Shown here one piece after another: positions 31,552-48,871 of a DNA stretch of 64,000 bases. Every line of letters begins with the position of its first letter. Position 1 is the first letter of the stretch. Under the pieces are notes generated by a model that saw only the letters and a program-made list of their open reading frames with translations, was not told the origin of the DNA and ran no database searches. The position numbers and the translations under genes are program-made. The stretch is from the human T2T-CHM13v2.0 reference genome, Homo sapiens: assembly GCF_009914755.1 (NCBI RefSeq), contig NC_060927.1; one strand, written 5' to 3'.

Positions 31552-32568
31552 TTACAATTTGGTATGTTTTTGCAGTGGCTGGTACTGGTTGTTCCTTTCC
31601 ATGTTTAGTGCTTCCTTCAGGAGCTCTTTTAGGGCAGGCCTGCTGGTGACACAATCTCTCAGCATTTGCTTGTCTGTAAAGTATTTTATTTCTCCTTCAT
31701 TTATGAAGCTTAGTTTGGCTGGATATGAGATTCTGGGTTGAAAATTCTTTCCTTTAAGTATGTCAAATATTGGTCCCCACTCTCTTCTGGCTTGTAGAGT
31801 TTCTGCCAAGAGATCCGCTGTTAGTCTGATGGGCTTCTTTTTGTGGGTAATCCGACCTTTGTCTCTGGCTGCCCTTAACATTTTTTCCTTCATTTCAACT
31901 TTGGTGAATCTGACAATTATGTGTCTTGGAGTTGCTCTTCTCGAGGAGTATCTTTGTGGCGTTCTCTGTATTTCCTGAATCTGAATGTTGGCCTGCCTTG
32001 CTAGATTGGGGAAGTTCTCCTGGATAATATCCTGCAGAGTGTTTTCCAACTAGGTTCCACTCTCCCCGTCACTTTCAGGTACACCAATCTGATGTAGATT
32101 TGGTCTTTTCACATAGTCCCATATTTCTTGGAGGCTTTGTTCATTTCTTTTTATTCTTTTTTCTCTAAACTTCTCTTCTCGCTTCATTTCATTCATTTCG
32201 TCTTCCATCACTGATACCCTTTCTTTCAGTTGATAGCATTGGCTACTGAGGCTTCTGCATTCATCACGTAGCTCTTGTGCCTTGGTTTTCAGCTCCATCA
32301 GGTCCTTTAAGGACTTATCTGCATTGGTTATTCTAGTTATCCATTCGACTAATTTTTTTTCAAAGCTTTTAACTTCTTTGCCATTGGTTCGAATTTCCTC
32401 CTGTAGCTCAGAGTAGTTTGATTGTCTGAAGCCTTCTTCTCTCAACTCAGCAAAGTCATTCTCCGTCCAGCTTTGTTCCGTTGCTGGTGAGGAGCTGCGT
32501 TCCTTTGGAGGAGGAGAGGCACTCTGATTTTTAGGCTTTCCAGTTTTTCTGCTCTGTTTTTTTCCCAT
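31552..32568 (-). pseudogene. L1#3 ORF1 with one premature stop (32050-32052)
   Basis: ORFs 32050..32568 and 31552..32049 are in the same frame. Confidence 0.9.
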
Positions 32569-35500
32569 CTTTGTGGTTTTATCTACCTTTGGTCTTTGAT
32601 GATGGTTGCATACAGATGGGTTTTTGGTGTGGATGTCCTTTCTGTTTGTTAGTTTTCCTTCTAACAGACAGGACCCTCAGCCGCAGGTCTGTTGGAGTTT
32701 GCTAGAGGTCCACTCCAGACCCTGTTTGCCTGGGTATCAGCAGTGGTGGCTACAGAACAGCGGATATTGGTGAACCGCAGATGCTGCTGCCTGATCATTC
32801 CTCTGGAATTTTTGTCTCAGAGGAGTACCCGGCCGTGTGAGGTGTCAGTCTGCCCCTACTGGGGGGGTGCCTCCCAGTTAGGCTACTCGGGGGTCAGGGA
32901 CCCACTTGATGAGGCAGTCTGCCCGTTCTCAGATCTCAAGCTGAGTGCTGGGAGAACCACTACTCTCTTCAAAGCTCTGTTGGAAATGCAGAAATCACCT
33001 GTCTTCTGTGTCGCTCACGCTGGGAGCTGTAGACCAGAGCTGTTCCTATTCGGCCATCTTGGCTCCTCCGACAATGCGTTTTTCTTAGTGCCACAGAACT
33101 AGCTGTTGAGTATGAACATTTGAAGAAAAGAAGGGGCTCAAAGGTGAAATAGAGATAAATCTTCTTTTGGATAGTTCTTTTTAGACTATATTTGAATATG
33201 CCGTAATGGCAAGGATAGAAGAAAATTCAGGGCCAGAACTGCTGCTTTAAAAAGAAATATTATCTTCTAGGAAATGCCGTGATGGTCCTCAGTTTGCAAG
33301 AACCAGAGTTCAGTTTTAAGGGTGCAGGTAGCTTGTGAAGTTTGGGAAATATAAATATCTTAGATCTTACCATAGCTGAACACTGTTGTTTATAGAAACT
33401 TGGTTCCCTCCCCAGCTTTACCGTTGCCTATCGTGTGGCTAAAGCTATTGCAGATGATCAGAAATTTGAAACAGAGTCTGCCATACCCAGGGAGGTCTCG
33501 TGTTTTCCTTGTCAAAATACTCTCTATTGGAGTATACATGTGGTTATCTTGCTCAAATAAAGAAATCAAATCAAAATCAACCTTCCGCCAAGAGCAATCA
33601 TTATGCTTCCTGTCAGGTGGGTGGGAAAGGAGGGAATGACAGTGTCAAGAGAAGCACCATGGATGGAATGGGCAGGAGTCCGCAGAAATGGGATTACAGG
33701 CTACTTTTACCCAATTCAAATGGCTTTGGCAAAAGGAGGAATACATTAGAAGGCACATATGTGCAGAAGAGGAGTAGGACTGAAGCCATGGCTCAGAAAC
33801 CAGAACTAGGACCTTCAATGCCATCAGGACATGCATTTCTGCATCTCTCAGATTGACTTCCTCCACATAGCTGGAGGTGTGGCCACTGGCAGTGTCATGC
33901 CGCACCACATCTCACAACTTCAGGACCAATGAGGGATGCGTTTCTCTCCCATGGCCCAGTTTGAAAAATCCAAGGGGAAAGTCCTTATAGGCCTTGTGGA
34001 AGTAATATATCCACCCTTGGACCAATCATTGTGTGCTATAATTGATAACTATTACTAGTACCACATGGTTGAAGTTGGGAGAGGAGCAACTTCCTAACAG
34101 AAAGGGACAGTCATACTCAAACAAGAAAAGGATATTTGGACATCTGTACTGTGTCCTTTACAGATCATATAGTGTAGCCATGTGTATGGTTAGTTGATGC
34201 AATAACATATTACTATCTTTGGGTTATCAGTTCCTTGCATTTATAAAGCAGTTCATGATTTCCAGAGACTTTTCTTAACTTTATCTCATTTAAACCTGTA
34301 TCACTCTGTGAATTAGGTCAGGCATCCAGCTATTTGGGCTCAGGGGAGGTGTAGTGATTTGTCCAAGACCATCTGTTGAAATACTTAGTTTGGATCATTC
34401 TTGCTACCTTTGATCTATTCACTCAGAGAAAATAAGCATCAATCCACCAATGCCATTCTAGGAATCTGTTCTGAGTTAATATTCACATATGTGTAGCATT
34501 GTTCATTGTAGCAAAAAATTAGTCACCTTCAGGGTTCATCAATAGAAAAGTGGCTACATAATTTATAGTACATCCATTTGATGAAACACTGTGCATATGT
34601 ACTAATATGGAAAGACCGCCAATATATTTTTAAATGAAAAAGAAAGTTGCAAAACAATGAATAAAACTTAATCTCATTTATGTAAAAGAAAAAACAAACC
34701 CTACGTATGTGAAGAAATATATTGAAAAGGACTGGAAGAATAGACTTTATAAGTAGCGGCCAATGTTGGGGAGGGAAGTAAAAAACAGATGGAAACTTGG
34801 AGGTCCTTTGTATTTTACTCTGTGTAGTTATGTAGTGCCTGAATTTTTAAAAGGATGTATCCACATACTACTTACATAATAAAAAGCAAACAGAAAAAAT
34901 CCAAAGCATCCCCCAGGGAACCCATTGGGCTGGGATGAAATTTCTCTAGGTCTCTGACTGTGTCATTTAAAACCTTGTGCATCCCTTATGGGTTGGGTCT
35001 GACCCCATTCAGTTTTGAGCAAAGTTCTTATAAAACATCCATGGATACATGCCTTCTAAGTATCTACTACATGCATATATATATGTGGCAAATGACGTAC
35101 CAAAAAAGTCTAAGTAAAGGTTTCTGTTCTCAAAGAGTATATAATTGGAAAGCAAATATATAAGTTAAATATTAATAAACTCTGTGGAGTTCTTAGTACT
35201 GGAACTTTACCAGCCTTCGTTTTGCACTGTGTAAAATGTGGACTAGATGGTCTCTAAGGGGCCTTAGTTTGGGTATTTTGGAATTGTGTGATTATGTTGT
35301 AGGCTGTTCAAGATTTTTTTTTAGAGGTATGAGGAAACATGGCTAGCATTAGACTCCAAACCACAGGGAAAAAGAGATGTTGGAAGTCAGCCAGGATAGA
35401 ATTCAACATCACTTTGGGTCACTTGGAAAATATTTCTGTAAATATAGAAGACACATATATTTCTCTTTAAATATAAGACTAAGGAAGGTGGCTGGATAAT

Positions 35501-37201
35501 TACATTGCTGTATAATCCTCTGCCTAAGAGCTGCAAGTACCAGTGGAGAAACAAAAGGAACAGGAAGCTAATCGGTGAACTCTGGAAAGCTTGCACACAA
35601 CCAAGGCAAATGGTTTCTCTCCTCACAATGGGACTCTCAATCCTTGGCTAAACAGTCAAACAAACACTCAAGAGAAACTCAAAACCAGTTGCAAGGTAAA
35701 AGGTGGAAAAGGATTTTTGCCCACTCAACTGGGCTTAAAGCCTTTGGAGAAGTGCTTCAGGGCTTACAGATGAGACAAAGGCAACAGAGGGAGCTGTGTT
35801 GGAGAGAATTAAAAGCAAAGGCATAGAGTAAACAGGTTTCAACCAGACAGTCTTTATTGTTGAAAAGCCACTCTGAACAAAATCCTGCTTTTTACTTCCA
35901 AATTACTGCAGCAGAAAGCTCCAGGAAACTAACAAGACTAGCAAATGTTAACGTTGAATACCCTCCACACACATCACCTTCCCATTCCCTTCTTTCAGTC
36001 TGCAAGAAATATGTTAAAACACCAAAATAATGTACTCCTTCCCCATTATAAAGTAGCATAAACAAGAAGAGCTATCTTTGGAAGACAGACAGGATAGCAA
36101 AGGAGATAAAATTTAAAATCAGGCAAGCCTGATGTGTTGCCTTGAGCACGTAACTTAACCTCTCTAAGCCTCAGTTTTCTCATCTGTAAAATGGAGATAA
36201 TAATGGTACCTACCTTATGGGGTTGTCATAACAATTAAATAGGATAACTGACTTCAAGTGTTTAGTACAAGACCCGAGACATCGTAAATAAACACTCAGT
36301 AAACAGTAGATATTATTGTCATCATTATTAGTTTTATTTTAAAATCTTCTTTGGTGCAAAAATATAACTTTTCTTTAGCTATTATAGAGAGTAATTTTTG
36401 ATTCCTTTACTCTGTGTTTCAGGGAATCTCTGCATATAGCTACAAAGTCACCCAGGGAAGGACAAGCTCATGGAGGGCTCTTTCCTGCCCATTCGCCTCA
36501 TTTAAGTGCAGCCATCCTTCAGGCCCTTGGTTAAGCTTCCAAGGACCCTATGGGTCAAGGTATGTTACCCCTTTTGCATCCCCAATTGCTTACCACAATT
36601 GTAATTAGGTGGTTATTTATGTAATTATTTGTCTGTTTTATCAACTGCTTAATTTTCAAAAAGTTAAAAATGATTTTCATCCAAATGTGTAGTGACCGCA
36701 TGCCAAAGATTGATCTAACCCAGGAAACTAGAAGCATAATTAGGCTGGTTCAAAGAGCATTTGTAAGTTGTGGAAGGTATGTTGAAGCAAGTTTGCTATA
36801 TTATAGACAAAAATCCTACTCCTGTTTCCTGAAATGTTCTATAGGCAAAAAAATTATAACCTTTGGGGTTGTCTTTTGTATTTCACTAGACAAAAGTCTA
36901 CAAAGTAACGTATAACTCCACAGACGCTCCACTTTAATCAGTGGTAAATAGTGAATCAAATAAAGGTACATTCTGCTAGATAATGAAATAAGCACTGGAG
37001 TAGGGGTAGGGACTCTTAAGTGAAGTTTTGGTATGACTTTGAAAAGACATGCAGTCCTCTTTTGGCCTTATTTCCAAGACTTGAATAATTTTTCTTAATA
37101 AATGTCTATCTCCTCCGGTAGAACGTAAGCTCCGCGATGTTGGGGTCTATGTGGTCTTGTAGTCCCAAGCCCTGCACAGTGCCTGGCATGATTGTCTAAA
37201 C

Positions 37202-37406
37202 CAGGGGTGTCCAATCTTCTGGCTTCCCTGTGCCACATTGGTAGAAGGAGAATTATCTTGGGCCACACAAAAAATACACGAACACTAATGATAGCTGATG
37301 AGCTAAAAAAAAATCGCAGAAAAATCTCATAATGTTTTAAGAAAGTTTATGAATTTGTGTTGGGCCACATTCAGAGCCGTCCTGGGCTGCAGGTTGAATA
37401 AGCTTG
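37202..37406. mobile_element. MER30 (hAT MITE)
   Basis: caggggtgtccaatcttctggcttccctgtgccacattgg...aagcttg. Confidence 0.85.
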
Positions 37407-38174
37407 GAGCTTGGTAAACCAAGCCTTCTGGGTCTGGGGTAAGGTCTGTGATGTTTTTGTTGCAATATCTTGCTGTGTCCTCTAGGGTGCTCCTTGTTCT
37501 CTCTTGGAGCCAGTCCCTGCTGCAGAATTTGTTCTGTAAACTTATACTTTGTATCCTAGATTTTATTTTCAATTTTTGTATTTAAGTTCACAAGTGAATT
37601 GAGCTATCATTTAATTTCTTTGTTGGTGTCTTTAGGTTTTGTGATCAAAACCACATTTACCTCATAAAAATCAATTGAATTACATGCTGTTCTATTTTGG
37701 AATAGTTTTGGTAATAACAAAAGGAGTAAATTGTTTTTAGAAAATTTAAGAAAATACTTCAGTGACTTCATTAGTACCATTTTGAAGGGGGGCATAAACT
37801 TCTTATAACTGTTTCTACTTCTGTGATTAGTTTATTTGTGCATTTGTGTTCTCTGTTTTGCTGTGACCCATTTTAGTATTTAATACTTTAGCAGCTATCC
37901 ATAGAGTATTGATAATAATTATTCATACATAGTTTAGAATATTATCATCCCTACTTTTTTTTTTTTTTAATTATACTTTAAGTTTTAGGGTACATGTGCA
38001 CATTGTGCAGGTTAGTTACATATGTATACATGTGACATGCTGGTGCGCTGCACCCACTAACTCGTCATCTAGCATTAGGTATATCTCCCAATGCTATCCC
38101 TCCCCCCTCCCCCCTCCCCACCACAGTCCCCAGAGTGTGATATTCCCCTTCCTGTGTCCATGTGATCTCATTGT

Positions 38175-42003
<3,829 letters not shown>

Positions 42004-42066
42004 TATGATGTTAGCTGGTGATTTTGCTTGTTAGTTGATGCAGTTTCTTCCTCGTCTCAATGGTCT

Positions 42067-43083
42067 TTACATTTTGGCATGATTTTGCAGCGGCTGGTAC
42101 CGGTTGTTCCTTTCCATGTTTAGCGCTTCCTTCAGGAGCTCTTTTAGGGCAGGCCTGGTGGTGACAAAATCTCTCAGCATTTGCTTGTCTGTAAAGTATT
42201 TTATTTCTCCTTCACTTATGAAGCTTAGTTTGGCTGGATATGAAATTCTGGGTTGAAAATTCTTTTCTTTAACAATGTTGAATATTGGCCCCCACTCTCT
42301 TCTGGCTTGTAGGGTTTCTGCCGAGAGATCCGCTGTTAGTCTGATGGGCTTCCCTTTGAGGGTAACCCGACCTTTCTCTCTGGCTGCCCTTAACATTTTT
42401 TCCTTCATTTCAACTTTGGTGAATCTGACAATTATGTGTCTTGGAGTTGCTCTTCTCGAGGAGTATCTTTGTGGCGTTCTCTGTATTTCCTGAATCTGAA
42501 CGTTGGCCTGCCTTGCTAGATTGGGGAAATTCTCCTGGATAATATCCTGCAGAGTGTTTTCCAACTTGGTTCCATTCTCCGCATCACTTTCAGGTACACC
42601 AATCAGACGTAGATTTGGTCTTTTCACATAGTCCCATATTTCTTGGAGGCTTTGCTCATTTCTTTTTATTCTTTTTTCTCTAAACTTCCCTTCTCACTTC
42701 ATTTCATTCATTTCATCTTCCATTGCTGATACCCTTTCTTCCAGTTGATCGCATCGGCTCCTGAGGCTTCTGCATTCTTCACGTAGTTCTCGAGCCTTGG
42801 TTTTCAGCTCCATCAGCTCCTTTAAGCACTTCTCTGTATTGGTTATTCTAGTTATACATTCTTCTAAATTTTTTTCAAAGTTTTCAACTTCTTTGCCTTT
42901 GGTTTGAATGTCCTCCCGTAGCTAAGAGTAATTTGATCGTCTGAAGCCTTCTTCTCTCAGCTCGTCAAAATCATTCTCCATCCAGCTTTGTTCCGTTGCT
43001 GGTGAGGAACTGCCTTCCTTTGGAGGAGGAGAGACGCTCTGCGTTTTAGAGTTTCCAGTTTTTCTGTTCTGTTTTTTCCCCAT
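42067..43083 (-). pseudogene. L1#4 ORF1 with premature TAG at 42922-42924
   Basis: ATG at 43081-43083; frame reads ...RRSNYS*LRE. Confidence 0.9.
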
Positions 43084-43990
43084 CTTTGTGGTTTTATCTA
43101 CTTTTGGTCTTTGATGATGGTGATGTACAGATGGGTTTTCGGTGTGGATGTCCTTTCTGTTTGTTAGTTTTCCTTCTAACAGACAGGACCCTCAGCTGCA
43201 GGTCTGTTGGAATACCCTGCCGTGTGAGGTGTCAGTGTGCCCCTGCTGGGGGGTGCCTCCCAGTTAGGCTGCTCGGGGGTCAGGGGTCAGGGACCCACTT
43301 GAGGAGGCAGTCTGCCCGTTCTCAGATCTCCAGCTGAGTGCTGGGAGAACCACTGCTCTCTTCAAAGCTGTCAGACAGGGACATTTAAGTCTGCAGAGGT
43401 TACTGCTGTCTTTTTGTTTGTCTGTGCCCTGCCCCCAGAGGTGGAGCCTACAGAGGCAGGCAGGCCTCCTTGAGCTGTGGTGGGCTCCACCCAGTTCGAG
43501 CTCCCGGGCTGCTTTGTTTACCTAAGCAAGCCTGGGCAATGGCGGGCGCCCCTCCCCCAGCCTCGCTGCCGCCTTGCAGTTTGATCTCAGACTGCTGTGC
43601 TAGCAATCAGCGAGATTCCGTGGGCGTAGGACCCTCCGAGCCAGGTGTGGGATATAGTCTCGTGGTGCGCCGTTTTTTACGCCGGTCTGAAAAGCGCAAT
43701 ATTTGGGTGGGAGTGATCCGATTTTCCAGGTGCGTCCGTCACCCCTTTCTTTGACTCGGAAAGGGAACTCCCTGACCCCTTGCGCTTCCCAGGTGAGGCA
43801 ATGCCTCGCCCTGCTTCGGCTCGCGCACGGTGCGTGCACCCACTGGCCTGCGCCCACTGTCTGGCACTCCCTAGTGAGATGAACCTGGTACCTCAGATGG
43901 AAATGCAGAAATCACCCGTCTTCTGCGTCGCTCATGCTGGGAGCTGTAGACCGGAGCTGTTCCTATTCGGCCATCTTGGCTCCTCCTCCC
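43084..43990 (-). promoter_or_regulatory. L1 5'UTR internal sense/antisense promoter, CpG-rich, YY1 site at 43969-43978
   Basis: Complete 5'UTR with retained CpGs; ggccatcttg motif. Confidence 0.85.
43539..43754 (+). CDS. L1 ORF0 (71 aa), intact reading frame
   Basis: MAGAPPPASLPPCSLISDCCASNQRDSVG...RHPFL; 216 nt from ATG to TGA; expression unknown. Confidence 0.8.
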   Translation: MAGAPPPASLPPCSLISDCCASNQRDSVGVGPSEPGVGYSLVVRRFLRRSEKRNIWVGVIRFSRCVRHPFL

Positions 43991-44039
43991 TCATCCCTAC
44001 TTTAAAATGGTTGTTTCTATCCATTGCTGATATCTTATT

Positions 44040-44157
44040 TCTCTCCCTGCATTTTATTATTTTTGATAAATTTGCCAATTCTCCCTTTTCTGTTAATTTA
44101 TCTCCCTGCATTTTATTATTTTTGATAAATTTGCCAATTCTCCTTTTTTTGTTAATT
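44040..44157. repeat. Tandem duplication, 2 x 59 bp
   Basis: tctccctgcattttattatttttgataaatttgccaattctcc... at 44042 and 44101. Confidence 0.92.
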
Positions 44158-44222
44158 GGAACATGTCCTCAACTTTATTAATTTTTAAAAAGCCAACTAT
44201 TAATTTGATTTACCAACTCAAC

Positions 44223-44609
<387 letters not shown>

Positions 44610-44762
44610 TAGCCTCTTAGCAGATAAAGGCTTTGCTTTTATGGTGTTTTTTTCTTTCTTCCCTAATTTAGAAAAATGAGTGTTTTTCTAAGCACTGCTG
44701 TGGCAATACTCCATCAATTTTAATACAGAAATATCATTTCAAAATATTCTGTAGTATAGGGA

Positions 44763-45956
44763 CTTTTTTTCTTTTTTCTTTTCTTTTTTGATTCATTCAA
44801 ATATTTATTGAGCAGCCAAGGAGACCCAAAGGTGATTAAAACATGGTCAGAGAGGTGAGGCAAATGTGCAAGTAACAGAAAGCAAGGGGCTAGGTTCACA
44901 GAATCACAGCTGTCAAAAGAAAGTGCTTTAGGACATGAAGAGTGAGTTCGTTTCCAGCCTGGAAGGAGCATGGCTGGCAAATCAGAAAAGGGGATTCAGA
45001 TTAAAACAGAAGACTTCAGTCTGGATGGCTGATGATACTCAGCATGGACTATATTTCTCTTTCCTCTGTCCCCATCTTTGGACTTAATTTTGCAGTATTG
45101 CCCAGGACTGTTCAATGTGCTTTTTCTGTACTTGCTTGCATTTTAGCTTTAATGTCTTCTATAGAACTAGGTCCTTTTTGGATTTTTAGGAGTTTTTTCC
45201 TGTTTTTTTTGAAGTATTCATGACCTTTTGATCTTGGTCTTGATAGTTTTGAGTTTTTCCATTTTGGTTTGATTTTGGTGCATTTTTGGCTGGAGCATCT
45301 TATATAGATTTCTTCACTGGAGCTTTTTCTTCAATTTCTTCATCATCAAAATTATCATCATCATCATCTTCATCAGCAGCAAGTTTTACTTTTTTTTCTG
45401 TGGAAACTTGCTGCTACCTCCAGGGGAAGATTGCCTTCCAGATATATTAAATACCTAAGAGTTTCACATCCCCCTGCTCTTCATCTTCTGACTCTGCCTC
45501 TCCCTCCACAGCTGCTAAGTGCTGCCCACTAATATGCATTGGCCTTGATCCACACTTCAACTGTAATCCCACGGCTGATGTTATTTCAAAGCCCCCAAGG
45601 GAAACCGTTGACTGTACTGACATTTTCAAAGTTGCCAGTGTTACTTCAATAGGACTGCCTTCATAATTCATTGCCTCTGCTTCAACAATGTGCAATTCAT
45701 CTTTTACACAGCCCCTAACCTGACCGTGCTTAAAGATAACTGGTGCTCATTTTCATCATTATCCACCCGAAACCGATCATCTTCATCGGCCTTTAGTTCA
45801 CAACCAAAAGATAGTTCTGGAGCCACAGGGGGCTTGTGTCCATGTCCATTGAATCTTCCTTGGGGTGGTGACATACACTTCGGTGAGAGAGAAGGCAGAC
45901 GGAGATAAACAACTACCGCTCCAGAGAACAGCTGTGCGGGACAGAATCACACCAGG
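44763..45956 (-). pseudogene. NPM1: Nucleophosmin (NPM1) processed pseudogene, B23.2 isoform-derived
   Basis: Intronless; [38 protein letters not shown]; acidic tracts; C-terminus ...[10 protein letters not shown] (stop 45112-45114); ATG mutated to AAG at 45859-45861; AATAAA 44804-44809; poly(A) remnant 44764-44789. Confidence 0.95.
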
Positions 45957-46029
45957 CACAGAATTATTTTCTTGATGTAGGAAGTATTTAGGCACTTAAA
46001 ATTTTTTTATGTGATGTAGAGATTTTATA

Positions 46030-47010
46030 TTCTGCATGCATTGAAAAACTCTAGTTCACCGAGATATGATTTATATACAATAAAATTTACCTTTTCTAAC
46101 CAAAGAGTTTAATGAGGTTTTACAAGTGTGTAAAATTGTGTGGCAACCGGCTGGGCGTGGTGGCTCACGTCTGTAATCCCAGCACTTTGGGAGGCCGAAG
46201 CGGGTGGATCACGAGGTTGGGAGATCAAGACCATCCTGGCCAACATGGTGAAACCCCGTCTCTACTAAAAATACAAAAATTAGCCAGGTGTGGTGGTGCG
46301 CCCCTGTAATCCCAGGTACTCAGGAGGCTGAGGCAGGAGAATCGCTTGAATCCGGAAGGCAGAGGTTATAGTGAGCTGAGATCATGCCACTGTACTCCAG
46401 CCTGGGCGACAGAGCGAGACTCCGTCTCAAAGAAAAAAAGAAGACAAAAATTAGCCGGGTGTGGCAGTGCTTACCTGTAGTCCCAGCTACTCAGGAGGCT
46501 GAAGCAGGAGAATTGTTTGAACCCAGGAAGTGGAGGCTGCAGTGAGCTAAGACATGCCACTGCACTGTAGCCTGGGCGACAGAGTGGGACTCCGTTTCAA
46601 AAAAAAAAAAAAAAAAAATTGTGTGGCAACCACCACCATCAAGATACAGAACGCTTACATCTCTCCATGAAGTTCCCCATGTCCCTTGGCAGTCAACTTC
46701 CTCTCCTATTCCTGGTTCCTGGCATCACTGGTCTGATTTCTGTCCCTGTAGTTTTTACCATTTATGGAATGTCGTATAAGTGCAATCGTACAGCATGTAG
46801 TCATTTGTGTCTGGCTTCTTTTGCTCAAAATCAGATTTTTTAGATCCGTCAGTGTGTTGCATGTATCAACACAATGCTCTTTTTTTTTTTTAATTGTTGC
46901 ATAGTATGCCATCATGTGGACACACCACAGTTTGCCTATCCATTCAGTTAGTGAACATTTGGGTTGTTTTCAGTTTTTGGCTATTATAAATAAAGCTGAC
47001 ATAAATCTGA
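46030..47010 (-). mobile_element. Old L1M 3' end (host of the trimeric Alu)
   Basis: caaccaccaccatcaagatacagaac...acatttgggttgttttcagtttttggctatt. Confidence 0.75.
46149..46614 (+). mobile_element. AluSc-like plus an extra right monomer (trimeric Alu)
   Basis: A single TSD aaaattgtgtggcaacc at 46132-46148 and 46615-46631 encloses both parts. Confidence 0.92.
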
Positions 47011-47261
47011 TTGAACTTTAATTTTTAATTTTATTGTTTTAATATTGTGAAATATTAGACTTTCTGACTTCTTTTTGTCTGCCTTCATCCATAATATGAT
47101 AAATGTGTATACATCCTTATATTCTTAAAAAAAAGTATATTCTATTCTACCTTTTGCCTCTCTCCATTGTCTAACTGATTGATTCTCTTGATCAACTCTG
47201 CAATGTCTTCTATTATTTTATTATTTATTGATTATTAACTTTCTGATTATTTCATACTGAG

Positions 47262-47500
47262 AGGCAACACACTACTGTGGTTATGAGAATGGGCTGTGGA
47301 GTTAGACAGACTTGAGTCTCAGTCGTAGCTTCACCTATTACTAGCTGAGTTTCCTTGGCAAAGTCACTTAACTTTTTAAGGTCTTATTTTCCTATCTGTG
47401 AAATGGGGAGAACGATAATAACAATACCTACCACATGGAGTTGTGAGGATTAAATGAGACGATGTATGTAAAGTGCTCAGAGCGGTACCAGGCAGATGGA
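47262..47500 (+). mobile_element. MIR
   Basis: ccttggcaaagtcacttaac...atctgtgaaatgggg...gtgaggattaaatgag core. Confidence 0.8.
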
Positions 47501-47675
47501 AAAATCTCAAAAACTGATACATTTGGCTATTTTTATATTGGAATAGTTAGCTCTGTAATTTCAATCTATTTCTTCCTGTTTTTCTTGAATTTCAGATATT
47601 CATTTAACTGCATGTGTTATGTTCATCTGTTGTTTGGGGCATATAATTCAGAATTGTTGAATTTTTGTTCTTTAA

Positions 47676-47996
<321 letters not shown>

Positions 47997-48032
47997 TGAG
48001 TACTTATAATATGCCCAATACAGTATTAATAA

Positions 48033-48350
<318 letters not shown>

Positions 48351-48647
48351 TCAAAAATCTTTAGGATGTAGATGTTACTGTTATTATTATTCGCATTTTA
48401 TAGATGAGAAAAGTGAGGACCTTGCATAGGGTCTCATGTCAATTAGTAGCAATCAGGACTCAAACCCAGATAGTGTTAAACATTATGTTTTACTGACAGG
48501 CATTGATAATACAGCAGGAACCAAACACTCTTTGAAATGAATATATGCCCTCAACATTTGCATAAATACATGGAGCTCCATTTATAGTTCCTTGGGCTGC
48601 TGGCAGTTCATTCTATATAGACTTTGGAAGCCCTTTAAAGTAATGAC

Positions 48648-48871
48648 TTTTTTTTTTTTTTTTTTGAGACAGGGTCTCACTCTGTTGTCCAGGCTGAAGT
48701 GCAGTGGTGCTACCATAGCTCACTGCAGCATCGACCTCCCTGGGTCAAGTGACCCTCCTGCCTCAGCCTGAGGGTTGCTCTGGCTGAACTTGAACTCCTG
48801 GGCTCATGTGCTCTTCTTGCCTTGGCCTTCCAAAGTGTTGGGATTACAGGTGTGAGCCACCATACCCACCC
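48648..48871 (-). mobile_element. AluJ with internal deletion
   Basis: TSD taatgacttt; central linker missing. Confidence 0.88.

Noticed and set aside
45447-45695. Functional NPM1 retrogene
   Set aside because: Start codon lost, with frameshifts, stops and a shortened acidic tract
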